Source of the DNA: Balanoglossus misakiensis
Taxonomy: Eukaryota > Animalia > Hemichordata
NCBI GenBank assembly: GCA_040954595.2
Contig: CM082584.2
Location: 4,468,110-4,532,109, forward strand
Direction of reading: 5' to 3'
Length of the DNA: 64,000 bases
Shown here: positions 1 through 12,600 of the stretch, piece after piece
How positions within the stretch are numbered: position 1 is the stretch's first letter
Layout: each line of letters begins with the position of its first letter
Notes under the pieces: generated by a model
The model's input: the letters and a program-made list of their open reading frames with translations, nothing else
Told to the model about the DNA's origin: nothing
Database searches by the model: none
Program-made: the position numbers and the translations under genes

Positions 1-3000
1 AATCTCCCATTTCATCAGGACTTTCCTCAAACAATGGAACCAACACAGTCTAAAAGCAAAAACGTTAAAAGAATATGAATACAAATTTAACGTAGGGTTA
101 CATTTCTAAAACCTATAGGTGGGGATTCAGTTTAAAGGCACGTAAGCTGTAACTTTTGGGATTATTTTAATAATTTTTGTTTCACACTCCATGCAGATGA
201 AGGCAGTGAACTATACACAAGCATTATAAACCCTAAATATGAGTGCATATGCAAGTTTTAACCAGATAAATAATAAAGCTTTGCCGCAAGCGATTATGGC
301 CGCCACCGTGGGAAAATGAAAGAAACAATGAAAATGTCGCATTTCCGGTTGTGAAATTTCATAAACAAAACATGATCTCATCCACTTGAGCTCATGGAAG
401 TAAATGTACACCACTGAGACATCAGATTTTCATTTTTCATTGCAATATTGCACTTTTTTAAAAATTTCAGGAATTTTCGTTTTTCTTTAATTTTTGGCCA
501 TTTTGTCATAAATAAGTGTTGAGCTTGATATATTATCATGAAATAGCATCATATATGAGATTATTTAAAACATTGATTTTTTATCCAGTTGCAGCTTACG
601 TGCCTTTAAGGATGTACGTTCAGAAAAATTGAAAGTATTGTCATTTCTTTTAATTGTGGATTTTTGGATTATCCTGTGAATGTATAATGAAAATCCGTAA
701 TAATTAGCATTTTACACCAATGGTTTGTCAATGGGCACAATATTTAACAATATTTATCTCAAAATAGAGTGCGGTGAACCAAAAGAGTTTATTTTACCAA
801 AGAATTTATTTTTACTTGACTGAGCTATGTGTAAAATTTCGTGCAAATGACAATAGTAGAAGTATGTTTTCTAGCAATTATCAATGTAATCCTATGGGAC
901 AGAGACACACACACGCTGTTTACTAGTGTACATTCTGCGTACATACTTAAAGGGACAAAGTCTCTCTCTCTCTCTGCCCTTTTTTCATTAATTATGTTTG
1001 ATACAAGACACCGTTTATGTTATTCTACATGTGGATTTATAGAGAAAGTTGTGTGCAGTTGAACATTGATTTACTATATATCCACATAAACATTTTCATA
1101 AACAGTGTATTGTATCAAACATAATTAAGAGAAAAGGGGCAGTGTGAGAGAGACATTGTCCCTTTAATAGTAGTAACATGTATCAAAATTAACCATAAAT
1201 GTTCAGCAAGTGGGTCACATACCTGTAATGGATTGCCTTGTTTGATGAAGATTAGACAAATGGCAAATTTGACCCGCAAGTCAATCGGTATTTGAGCGGG
1301 AATTGTAATATTTTCAATCGTGGCATCAGCGTCGTCTGAGTAGCGGATTTCAATGCCGCAATGATTACCAATAATGTTTAATGCTTTCCTGTATTCTTTT
1401 TCCGTTATGTACAGCTCTGCTAACATATTTACATCTGCAATGTAGAAAATATATGCAAAGAGCACCTCTGTCAAACTTTCTACAAGTTAGACATCGCTGT
1501 CTTTTCTATGCCTTTAGAAACAAAACCCCTGTTTTTAGGTTCAGATCAAATCAATGTCAATGGAAATATGTGGTCAAATGATTAAAGCCGCAATGGCTGT
1601 CACTTATAGCATATACTGTCTCCTCATCCTAAGTCAAAAAACAACACAATTTTGAATTTGTTGGAGATTCTAATACCCAGGTGTGCACACCACAATAGTT
1701 GTGTATTCTTTTAATGGGAGGCTGTTGTGAATAAATGGGTGTGGTACCCGTTTAATATTTCACATGTTCACATTCAAACGTACAGTACAGCCATACCGAG
1801 CGGTTGATAATAATATGTTTGTGCATATCCATCAGTATGCTCAGTATGGATGATCAGGATCAATCAAACTTTGAAAGTGAAATCTTGGAAATAAATGCAA
1901 AAAGTGGCAGCTATACTCCTTTTTCATAAAGAGGGCACCCTTCCAAGATGATGCAAAAATGAGGCAAGTAGGCGACGGAGTAAAAATTTTATCGTCTTGT
2001 GTATCATGGCTATAGTTGGGAAAGATGTATGACAGCCACATTTTATTGTAAGGTCAATTTACACACAAATTGTATCATACATGTACATGTATAAACAATA
2101 TTAAAATGAGACGAGCTCGAGCAGTACTCTGTATGCGGGTTACTGGCCTCGTTTTGGCATCGTCTGCTTGGAGATGAGGCCAAATTAGGGAAGGGCGCCC
2201 TCTTTAAGAAAATTAAGACATCATAGCACGGTCACTCCGTGGAGTGACTGTGATCATAGCAACTTCACACATGCAAATGACTGGACTGTTAATTCTGGAT
2301 CAGGAAATACAATGGCCTTAATGCTGGTCACACATATATCCCCTACATGTACATCATAAGAGCTGAATGAAATGAAAATCTACCTTCAGAGTTGATACAA
2401 TCAGGATGAACATTCACAGCCTGTTGTAAAGTATCAATGGCTTGGCGGGTCTCACCCAGTTCGTGACAAGTCTAAAGAGTGAAAGAAAATAATATGAAAA
2501 GATTAAAAACAATCTGAAAAGAATCTGTTCCAAAACATACTGTTATGCATAACAAATGGGTTACTACCAGCAAGAGACAATTGTCACTCTTCAACAACTT
2601 CATATAAAATTTGGAGCCTAGCCAAGTACATCACAGGCATCTGTTGGCATCATGCAAGTGACAATATGAAAACAGGAAGAGCAAATCATTCCTGGAGATA
2701 TCTAATTGTACTCCTGACCATGAATTGGAGAAGTATACAATAACAATTCCATCTGTTTCACCAATCACAAAGCAGGATTTGTTGTCTTATGCAAAATCCT
2801 AATAATTATCAGATACATTAACTGTATTCATTACAGTGTGGATCAGCACTGAATTCATGGACTTCCAAATTTATGGAGGATAAAATAAAAAAAAATATCA
2901 TAAATAGCATATTGTGTTTTAGGAGCTCAGAAAGCACACAGATAAACACAGACAGACACTGAGACAGAGCAACCAATATTTACAGAGCCAGAAAACTAGA

Positions 3001-6000
3001 CTCTCAGTATAAACAGATTCTACAAAGAACTTACCACTGATATCTCTCTGGCCAATTCAATGTATCTCTCACCCTCACTTGAAGGCAATTGTCTCAACAC
3101 AGCTTGAAATGATTCCATGGCCCGTCTGTGGTCGTCCATTTTCTTGTACAAGTTTCCTCTTTCATACAACAAACCAACGTTGGTAGAGTCATACTTAAGA
3201 GCTGCAACATTGTGGAGACATTTTTTATTAATAAAACACAGATTTCAGGTGATATACTATTGGTCATTCTCAATACGTGATGCAGTGCGTTCCATATTCA
3301 AGATCAAGTCAGATGAATCACTAAAAGTTGATTTCTTTAATCTACAGTTCATTAGTCCAGGGTGAGATCACAGCCTTCTTGTGTTGTGTTGTGTTGTGTT
3401 GCACAATTTCTGGTTGAAACAAACCCTAGTAACATCCTTCAAAATGGTGTAGTGTAGTAGAAAAAATTAGTCCCTTCAAGCGGGTTTCTATATTCAAGAG
3501 ATTGTATTCAGTACAATACAGGTGTTCAATACTCATTGCAGTTCAGTGCCAAAACAGAGAGTTAACCTGGCATCACAATATGATCAAATACCGAGAGTGA
3601 ATACGTACTTTACAAACATTTCCTTCAGTACAATTTGCTTAAACACTCACCTTTGTTGTAACATAATATTGCTTGCTTGATGTTATTCTGTTCCACAGAC
3701 ATATCAGCTAATTTTACCCATTCTTCAACATCATGGGGACTCAAATGAGCAGCAATCAGACAAAACTTCACAAAGTCAAAACAAAAGGCAAATAACATCA
3801 ATTACTAGACGTATAAAAAATAACAAAATGGCCGCATGGCAGCCATATTGATCATGTCGCAACGCAAATTGGGATGCAAATATACATCACAGAACACTAC
3901 ACTAATATGTACCAAGTTTATGTTTCCTCACTACAGAGAGTCAGTGTCTCAAATTGTCACAGATAGGAAAACTACAGTAAAACCTGTCTATGAAGGACAT
4001 CTCTGGAACCAAAAAATCTGTCCTTAAAGGTATACGGTCACCTCCAATTTAGATACGCCCATATTTGGCTGAAATGGCGTATTTTAGCGTTCTTATTTTT
4101 GCGTGTTTCACCCACGGAAAATCTATGATTGGCTAGATTTCAATTCGCCATAGCTAATTCTCCATAGGTGACCGTATACTTTTAATACAGAGGTGTCCTT
4201 AATAGACAGGTAACATTCTATTCAATTTGTAACTTTTGTCTTGAAAGACCTGTCCTTAATAGAGAGAGAGGTGTCCTGATTAGAGAGGTGTCCATACTGG
4301 CAGGTTTCACTGCACAAGTCATCATGCCAAGCCAACACTCGCAAGTATTTGTACTCTTTTATTGCACACATTCATCTTTTTGCAAAGGCGAGAGCCAGAC
4401 AAATGCAAAACTAAACAGTCACGAATTGCAGCAATGCTTTTAGTGAAATAAGAGAATGTGAAAATTAATGTTAATTGCCGCAAAATAGTCACCTCTGGTG
4501 ATATAGCAAAAAATTCCTGTCACGAAAATGTCCTGTTTTACAGTATGCACTATCAGATGTTTGGTACATGCAGTAACTGCAGAGAAAATTCTACATGTAT
4601 CACACAGTTATAGGCTACAGTCATTAGCTAGATGGTCTCTTGTTATGTGGGTTTAATATATTATTACCACAGCCAATTCTGAACTACTTGTATCGTACTG
4701 ACCTGCAATGACCTCTCCATGTCCCCCTTATCTTCATATATCATTCCCAGAAGTTGAAATGGCTCACAGCTGCTTGGAGCTACAAACAAATGTGAACACA
4801 AATCAAACATGTAGTATCACTCAACGAACAATTTTTGCATTTGTCAAGAAGATTGACTGCTTGCTCTTGATGAGGTGCTATGCTTAATGACTCAAATCTG
4901 TCCTGCTATGAACTATTGCTCTGATATGTTTACTCCCGATAATTCATGAAGTATATTTCACTGAAGAATAGCCCTTTGCATTATAAAAATCACCGTTTTG
5001 GCTCCAAAGCTTACACATGGTATCTAAAAATATTTAGGCAATACATACATAAAACATCGAAAAACAAATATTATTTTAAGCATAGGACTTTATACTGTTC
5101 CTTTCAGCAAAGATAGACAATAAAATCAAGAGCAACCAAACCTCATGTTTAATATATATCTATACGTTTGTGTCAGAAGAAATTGAAATTGTATGTGATA
5201 CACATATAAGATCAGTGGTTTTGTTAAGGGTAGTATACAGGTAAGCGTTGCTAGGGTAACAGTTCCCCAGTCATTTGACCCGAGTTCCCCCTCACCTGGG
5301 TATATCAACACAGTCATATTAATGGGTAGCAGAAATTATTTACCCATGTTGCCCACCCTCAGCAAAAGCAGTGAAGATTTCAATAGAGTGCACTGTACTG
5401 ACCTTGTCTGATAATTTCCATACACATTTTGATTGCATCTTCATGGTCACCTCTTGCAAAGCACAAATTAGCTTCTCCCATTAATCCTCGAAGAGCCTTT
5501 GGTACTCGGTTTCTTTGTCGCTGCACTTTTTTGATCTGTTTTTTATGTTCTCTGTCAAGCTCCATTTCAATTTCAAAAGCGCTAGGTTCTAGTGAAAATA
5601 AAGACATACAACATTTATAACAGATTAGTAATAGGAAATACCTCTCTATAGTGGCCAGTCAAGGACTTTCCTAAACTGGCCTTTATAGACAGGTGACCTT
5701 ACATAGAGGTTAATTAACACACAGATGAATTGCACAGGGACTGTAACAAAGTGGCCACTACTATAGAGAGGTGACCGCTATATAGGGGTGGCCACTAACA
5801 GGGGTTTGACTGTAATGCTAAGTTTTGTTTCGCTGATTTTGAACTAGTTGGTGACCGGTGCATGCTGAGATTGGTTAGCTACGGTCGGTAGACTGCGCAT
5901 TAGGTCAATCAACTTGCTGACCTTATCCACTGAAGCCATATACCGGTAAAGCATCAGCTGTACCTGACCTAACAATCTACCTACACAGAACATGTTGCAG

Positions 6001-7035
6001 TCCTCTTTAATGAGAACATGTGAAAAACTTCATAGGGCAAAAATGATTCCGACTGGTAGCGCATTATCAGTCACATTGGTGGCTTGTTTAGACTGCTTCT
6101 ACTCTTTATGCTTTAGAGACTAGCTATGGACTCCTTTACTACTGAAGATTTCAAGTCAACATCTTCATTTGTAGCACTACCTTCATCACTGCTGTTTTCA
6201 TCGTCATCATCATCACCATCATCATCATCGTCGTCCTCATCATCCCCATCGTCAAGATCATCATCGTCGGCATCATCATCTTTGTCTGTAATTAAATGTG
6301 ATTCATTTTCTGTTCCATGAGCATAGTTATGGTCAATTGTCATCAGAGCTCCTGGTGTAGCATTGTCAACTCTCTCCTCAACATTGGAATCCTAAGAAAA
6401 AAGAACACATCACCATCATCATCAACATCATCATCATCATCATCATCGCCATCACTGTCATTCAACATAGAGCACTCTGCCAAACTGGACCAGCCATCTT
6501 GTGCAAGAAATCTACATAAAAATAAACAATGTACAAAGTACATGAGTGTACATGTCGAACACGACTGTGATGTCGAAGTTCTCAGAACAGATTGGAAAGT
6601 AACTCCACCACCGCCAACCACTGGCCCGGCTGACTTGCATCCACGACTTTCCTTCAGAAGAACTTTCTAGTTTTATTAGCTGCAACTGAACACAGGTCGC
6701 ACCGTAGTTGAGAGCGCTCTCTCTATACTCTAAGCGCTCTCAACTACGGTGCGACCTGTGCAACTAAAGACAAAGTACAACTCAAAGTTATGCCGTAAAC
6801 CCCCCCTCCCCATATGACCTCACGTGAACCATGTGCAGCCAGGACTTGCTTGGCTTGGAATGAGCTATCGGCGTAGACCGTACCCTCATGTGGCAATATT
6901 TCCGCCAAATGTCTCAGTACTTACTGTACTCTCTTTCGGTGATCGCTCAATGGAAGCGCTCCACTCTTCAAATGTAATTTCCTCCTTCAGATACTTCATT
7001 AGTTCGTGTTCATCTCCCCCTTTGAAGGCGGCCAT
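1..7035 (-). CDS. GTF3C3: General transcription factor IIIC subunit 3 (TPR protein), 5' part; the gene continues beyond the left edge
   Basis: Phase-consistent GT-AG exons on the minus strand: 6925-7035 (MAAFKGGDEHELMKYLKEEITFEEW), 6181-6391 (acidic, boundaries least certain), 5403-5588 (LRGLMGEANLCFARGDHEDAIKMCMEIIRQ), 4703-4779 (APSSCEPFQLLGMIYEDKGDMERSLQ), 3651-3765 (FCLIAAHLSPHDVEEWVKLADMSVEQNNIKQAILCYNKA), 3035-3201, 2384-2471, 1223-1434 (DVNMLAELYI...IPIDLRVKFAICLI) and 1-49 (LFEESPDEMGD). These peptides match my recollection of TFIIIC102/Tfc4 TPR motifs. Confidence 0.93.
136..605. mobile_element. Non-autonomous TIR element (MITE) with TTAA target, Kolobok-like AG..CT ends (family 1)
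   Basis: TTAA|AGGCACGTAAGCTGTAAC ... GTTGCAGCTTACGTGCCT|TTAA. Related internal sequence recurs at 7777-8194, ~19091-19175 and ~55735-56050. Confidence 0.8.
610..946. mobile_element. MITE with TTAA target (family 2)
   Basis: TTAA|GGATGTACGTTCAG ... CTGCGTACATAC|TTAA. An inverted, fuller copy lies at 58060-58472. Confidence 0.75.
951..1163. mobile_element. Fold-back MITE with TTAA target (family 3)
   Basis: TTAA|AGGGACAAAGTCTCTCTC ... GAGAGAGACATTGTCCCT|TTAA. A longer copy lies at 14416-14761. Confidence 0.8.
3975..4312. mobile_element. Tc1/mariner-like MITE (TA|CAGT...ACTG) containing a nested TTAA MITE at 4028-4181
   Basis: Outer ends TACAGTAAAACCTGTC / GGCAGGTTTCACTG. Inner element TTAA|AGGTATACGGTCACCT ... 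AGGTGACCGTATACTT|TTAA; the inner family recurs at 46226-46414 and partly at ~12050-12213. Confidence 0.7.
6691..6760. repeat. Perfect 28-bp inverted repeat (hairpin) in GTF3C3 intron 1
   Basis: CACAGGTCGCACCGTAGTTGAGAGCGCT - 14 nt spacer - AGCGCTCTCAACTACGGTGCGACCTGTG. Confidence 0.9.
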
Positions 7036-7369
7036 TTTTCCAGTCCGCTGTATTTCAGCGTTGAGGGCGCACCAGCGTTTATAGTGGATGTGGATTTCGA
7101 GTTCAACTTGGAGAAGTGGTTTTGTGCACGGACTCGCTCGCCAGCAACATTTGGTGCGGGTCGACCAATCACAATCCACTTCGCAAACTTGATAGACATC
7201 GGTTAAGTGCGGTGACTCCTACACACCACACACAATTTAGTGTTCTCGACAATATGGACGCTACTGTTATTTTGACGGACAAAATTCTAATCTCTGACTT
7301 CTGCCAGAGTATTCATCATCACGTCACAGGAATGATCACATGGAACAGAGAAATCGTGTTGTTTTTCGT

Positions 7370-7456
7370 TGTTTGTTTGTTTGTTTGTTGTTGTTGTTGG
7401 TGGTGGTGGTGGTGGTGCTGCTGCTGCTGCTGCTGTTGTTGTTGTTGTTGTTGTTG
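7370..7456. repeat. Compound microsatellite (GTTT)(GTT)(GGT)(GCT)(GTT)
   Basis: Directly visible simple repeats upstream of GTF3C3. Confidence 0.9.
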
Positions 7457-7776
7457 GCATTCCTTGCTGTTGTTTTTCGATGTTGTAAATAACTGCAAAA
7501 GAACATAGAAAAGATAATCTATAGCCTAGATCGTCCAACATATGTCGCCAGGGTCACTCTATTTATATGTATACACAGAAAGAGACATGCGCATTATGTA
7601 TTACAGTTTTAACCACCGATTCCCCCTTTAGACTCGATGTAGACGTTTGACCAAGGACCTTTGGTAAAATATAAACATTTGACCCCAGATTTTGACTCTA
7701 ACATGACGGACTTTTGACCCATCATCTTGATTAAAATGTACATGATGTACAGTTTTTGCATAAGACCCTTCATTAA

Positions 7777-8194
7777 AGCCCCACGAACTGCAACTCGGGA
7801 CATGATTTTAAAATTAAATGATATGGCCTGATAGTATGTCAAGATAATACTTATTGATGACAAAATGGCCACAATAGTTAAATAAATATCAGTACAGTCT
7901 AAAAATTTCCACAATTTAATAAAAACGAAAATGTAATGTCTCAGTGGAGTACCTCCATGTGTTCTAGTGGGAAATGCAAACTTTTCGTTGTATTTTGCAT
8001 TTTGCCACGGTGGCGGCCATATTCCTTTGCGGCAAAGCTTTATTATTTATCTGATTAAAACTTGCATATGCACTCATACTCAGGGTTGATAATACTTGTA
8101 TATACTCCAGTGCATACATCTTTATGAGCTAATGGTAGTACAGTTTGAAAATATATGTCATGGTAGTTTCCCCAAAGTTGCAGCTCACGGGGCT
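7777..8194. mobile_element. MITE related to family 1, TTAA target
   Basis: TTAA|AGCCCCACGAACTGCAAC ... GTTGCAGCTCACGGGGCT|TTAA. The interior is the reverse complement of parts of 136-605. Confidence 0.75.
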
Positions 8195-9637
8195 TTAAAG
8201 CAGAAAATGCTGAGCTTGCCCTTTGCAGTTCACACTGTCCATGGCACACCTAAGTGAACCGATTTTAGATACCAGCCTCCCCAGCCCCTGGTTAGCTGCT
8301 GATTTTATCGGTGATGACCCCATTTCAGGTGTAGCCCTACACGACAACAATATAAGTTTCAAATTTTAACACCGAGCTGAGAAGTCGATCGCCGGCCAAT
8401 AGATTACATAAACAATATGTCTTCCATATCACCAACACATTGACGACAAAAAGTTTAAAAGGTTAAGCGAACCACATCCGTTTTAGGTGATAAAAGGGAA
8501 TATTGAAGACAAGGGGTAATTTTTCTGACACAAACAACTAAAGAGTAACTCGGTAATAAAGCATAACAGGAGTGAAAAAACTATGTCCAGATTTTCGTCC
8601 ACTTGCAGAATCATATTTCCATTTTCAGGATTTTTTCCTCCAAAGTTTGTTTGTTTTCTCATAAGTGTACTGCAGTTCGGCCCGGGGCTGCAGTCTCTTT
8701 CAAGTGAAGTTCACATTTCTGCCAAGGTCAGAACTATGACCTAGCTTAAAGTACCGCTTTTGTGAAATCTTACCTTGAAATTCCAATGATTCAAATCTTA
8801 TCTTGAAATTCCTGTGACTTCCTGCATCAATTGTGGCTTTATAATCATCAAGTGTTTTGTTGTCGTGACCGGCAAAAGCTGTTAAACAAGACGTTATTGT
8901 TGTTGTTTTGAAGTGTAGTATCACATCTGATACTGGGACGGTTATGACCTTGCCTTTAACGTTACTATGGTTACGTGGATGATGACAATTTTTGAAATCC
9001 TAAATTTTCCAGTGGTCGACGTCTTGCGTACGAAAATAGAAATCTTCACGTTTATTTTGGTTTTTCTATTCACCAAAATTATATAAATTTCAACTTCATT
9101 TAATAAGTTCAGTGGGAAATCATGTTAGCCTCAAATTTTACCGGCTTTATTTTAACATATAGATTCAGTATAAGCAGAGACTATAAAACTCGCACTCGAT
9201 TGAATGCTTACATTTCAAAACTGGCACTTTATTGCATGTGATGATTTCAAGCTGGTTCCATTCACGGTGGAGAGCGGGATCACAGATCTATGTCCTGGAA
9301 GATCGAAATCGTTCAGTAACCTTAAATTACAAACTCGAAGTTTGGTGCTAGCTTGTACGGCCAATATGATGGAACGTAGTGACCGGTAACTCAGGTCACA
9401 TCGATGAACTTTAGATTAAGGCGAAGATTGAACATTTTGCGGCTTTGCTCAGACATGTGGTGATCGATTGGGGCATTGTTCCATTGTTGCGTCTTATCGC
9501 TATCTGTAACTTCCGACATGATATCGATATTTGAGTTGTCTGGGTTTCTCAGTCGACGTTTGACCGAGAGAAGATAAAACTGTTTGCGGCTCTGGAGTTT
9601 TGGTCATTTGTGGTTCGGAGCGGCAACAGCATCAGTC

Positions 9638-12600
9638 ATGGCGCGCCTCAGCTGTATCTTCCTTCTTGGCATCGTCGTTGTGGGTAAGTTGGTGGTTCTC
9701 TGGAGTTTGTGCCATCCGCGTCAATTTCACCACGGTGGCTGAACACATGATTATTTGTTATCAGAAAGTTTAATATCATATTTATTGCTAGAATATCTTT
9801 TTCGCTATAGTGTGGTTTTTCTACCTTCTCTGTAGTGAAGAAAACTACACAGACAGTATAAAAAGTTTGATCGATCGCTGCAAATGCATCGACATGTTCT
9901 GTTTCTCCCCGAATTTTAGCTTGCACAATCAAGACTGTCGATGAACTGATAATTGTCTTTATTTTATCATCATGATCTGATAAATTTGAATTTAAACATT
10001 CGTGTAGCAAATTATGACGTTATTCGCGTAAAAATCAATTTCATGGTACTATTTCGTGTCCCTATATCTGGTCCAACTGAAGGGACGACAAGGCAGGACA
10101 GAAAAATTAGATGCATATAGTCCTCGTGTTGTTCGTTCAAACAACCGTGCCCGGGGATAGCTGACATTCTCCGTCGGTCATTCAGATCCGTGCAATCGTA
10201 AAAGAGTCGGGCACGGTTATTGCGCAAGTGGAAAGTTTCGCTTCTGTAGAAAGTACAGTTCAGTATTTTGATTTTTTTTCACGTTAAGTCAATATGTCCT
10301 CATTGTATAAATAAAAAGTTGTGAGTGGCATTATTGCGTTGTTTTCTTACGAAACGACAAATGTTACTAAAATTCGTGTTTTTGAAAAAAGATTGGAACG
10401 ACAAATGTTACTAAATTTTTTTTATTTTGAAAAAAGATTGGAGGATGTTAATTATTCTGAATATGTAATTGGGGGACTGTGGTTTCTACAATTAGAATCC
10501 ACATTTGAGATGTGTCAGCCGATATATTTCAAATTGATATTTGTTTGAAGTTTCAAAAATCAGTTCAATTTACAAGTGAGGTTTTGAATACCTTTTATCA
10601 GTTTCTCATGATACCTCCAAGTAACACACCCGAAAATGTGAATTTTGCGAAAAAGCATTAAAAAGTGCCTTCGGAATAAGGGAGTGTGGACATATACTGC
10701 ATGATGGGAAAACACAAATGAATCATGGGGGAAATGGCTAAATGTATAGTAACGCCTGAATTCCTAAGTGAGAACTTTGATGGGGAGCATGTAGTTTGTA
10801 GAAAACCAATCCAAATTTCGTTCGACGCAATCGACGGGTTAATTATTTCTCAGTACTTAATTCCAGAAGTCCATTTTTTTAAATCGAAGATTATCCGGCG
10901 ATAGTGATGGAAGAATCACTTAAAGCCTAGACAATCGAATGAACCAGTTGACCTGGATTTCCGAAAAATATAAATTCTGAAAAGAGACCTTTATCTCGAC
11001 GAGATAGCCGATCAATTGCCAGTGCAATCCATCTCCACATAAAATACAGATCAGAGTCCGGTAGACACAATTGGTGATAAGATGTGAAATGCTGGAAATT
11101 GGCCAAAACCAATTATGCATGTTAAAGCAAGTCGCTCACAGAGAGGCTGGTCGGGGCAATGTTGATTGGTGCGTGGCGTGATATAGCCTATATGACATTG
11201 TGAAAATCACAGGCCACCTAAAACAATTTGCGCATGCGCAGAGCCTGGCTGGGCACGTCTTTAATAGTACACTCATCAATTCGTACATTGTACAATGTTT
11301 TCGCCAAAATTCACCTGTCGATCCTTCTGATACCAAATATCCGGGCAGAAAAGCATATTCGAACACTCAAACCGCTTAAAAGATGGTCAAGTTTCATAAA
11401 ATTTATTTAAGGGAAGCGAATATTCAAACTATTCAATCCTTCCATTTTCATCCAATTTTCCAAATGTTGGAAAATGAAAAGTCGCCGTTTTTGTGAATAA
11501 CATTAATTATCTCGATAAGGTTCCGTAAACAATAAAGGGCGAATCGTACCTCGAAACCGACGTTAATGTGTCGTGATTTTAATTGACGGACTATTCCCAT
11601 ACAGATATTTTAACCGATCTTATGTAAATGGTACCCCTCTCTCCCTATATCTCTCTGACATATAGGAGTTAACTCCGCAATTTTACCCGGAACATTTGGA
11701 GGAGATGGCGCTGGTGAAAACCCATTAATGAAGTTAATGTTCCTCCGAAAAATGTTCGGCGAAGGCGGAGACGGAATGGGTCCCGAAATGGGTGAAGACA
11801 AACCTTTGCTGAAAATGATGATGCTGAAGAACCTGCTCGGTGGTGGTGGTGGAGATGACGGCGGTTTCGATGGTCCTGGACCCATTGGTCGGGCATTGAT
11901 GGCTCGCAATGTTCCCTCGCCTCTTATGCGTGCCATGATCTTGCGCAAAGTGGTAATCCATTTTATACCTGCGTCTCTGTGTGTCTGTGTCTGTCTGTGT
12001 GTGCGTGCGTGCGTGCGTCTGTGCGTGTCTGTCATCTTCAATATACATATTTTCATATATGGCCGAAACATATAGAGTATCTGAATTTTCTAAAGAACAT
12101 ATGTTGGCGCTCTTTTTTCCGCATGTGCCACCCATTGAAAATCAGTGATTGGCTAGATCTCAATTTGCCATGGCAATGGTAGTTAAGTTTGCAGAGGTGA
12201 CCGAGTACCTTTAAGATCACATTTTTCTTCTTGATTCGTATTCCTCTTCTACTATGACGATGGTGGTGATTATTTGTATTAGTAGTAGTACTTGTAGTAG
12301 TAGTAGTAGTTGTCAAAGGAAGCGGACAGCAAATCTCTTTTGATTAACACCTTCCCTTCAACATCACTTTGTACTTGTCGTTTTCACAGCACCGGGAATA
12401 CCACGATCAGGAGGATTCCAGTGACATGTTCCGCGGACTTCTTCTTCACCGAGTGCTGGGCAAACAAATGGGAGAGAAACTCATCAGTGAAATCCAACGC
12501 CGCAAAGAAGAAGCCAGAGTTTACACCTTCCAGACCACTTTGTTCTGTGATTGTGCTATGGAATACATGTACGTACAGGTTAATTATACCCTATACAAAT

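Noticed and set aside
5246-5259. X-box-like GTTGCTAGGGTAAC in a GTF3C3 intron (also GTTGCCTGGCAAC near 18389)
   Set aside because: Motif-only matches away from any ciliary gene start, so they cannot be distinguished from chance.
6400-6680. Extra GTF3C3 exon(s) encoding a second Asp-rich tract
   Set aside because: I could not join it in phase with plausible intron sizes. Exon 1 splices in frame directly to the acceptor at 6391. RNA-seq is needed to exclude alternative use.
7116-7541. Poly-Cys/Trp and poly-Thr/Ala/Pro ORFs
   Set aside because: Translations of a compound trinucleotide microsatellite.
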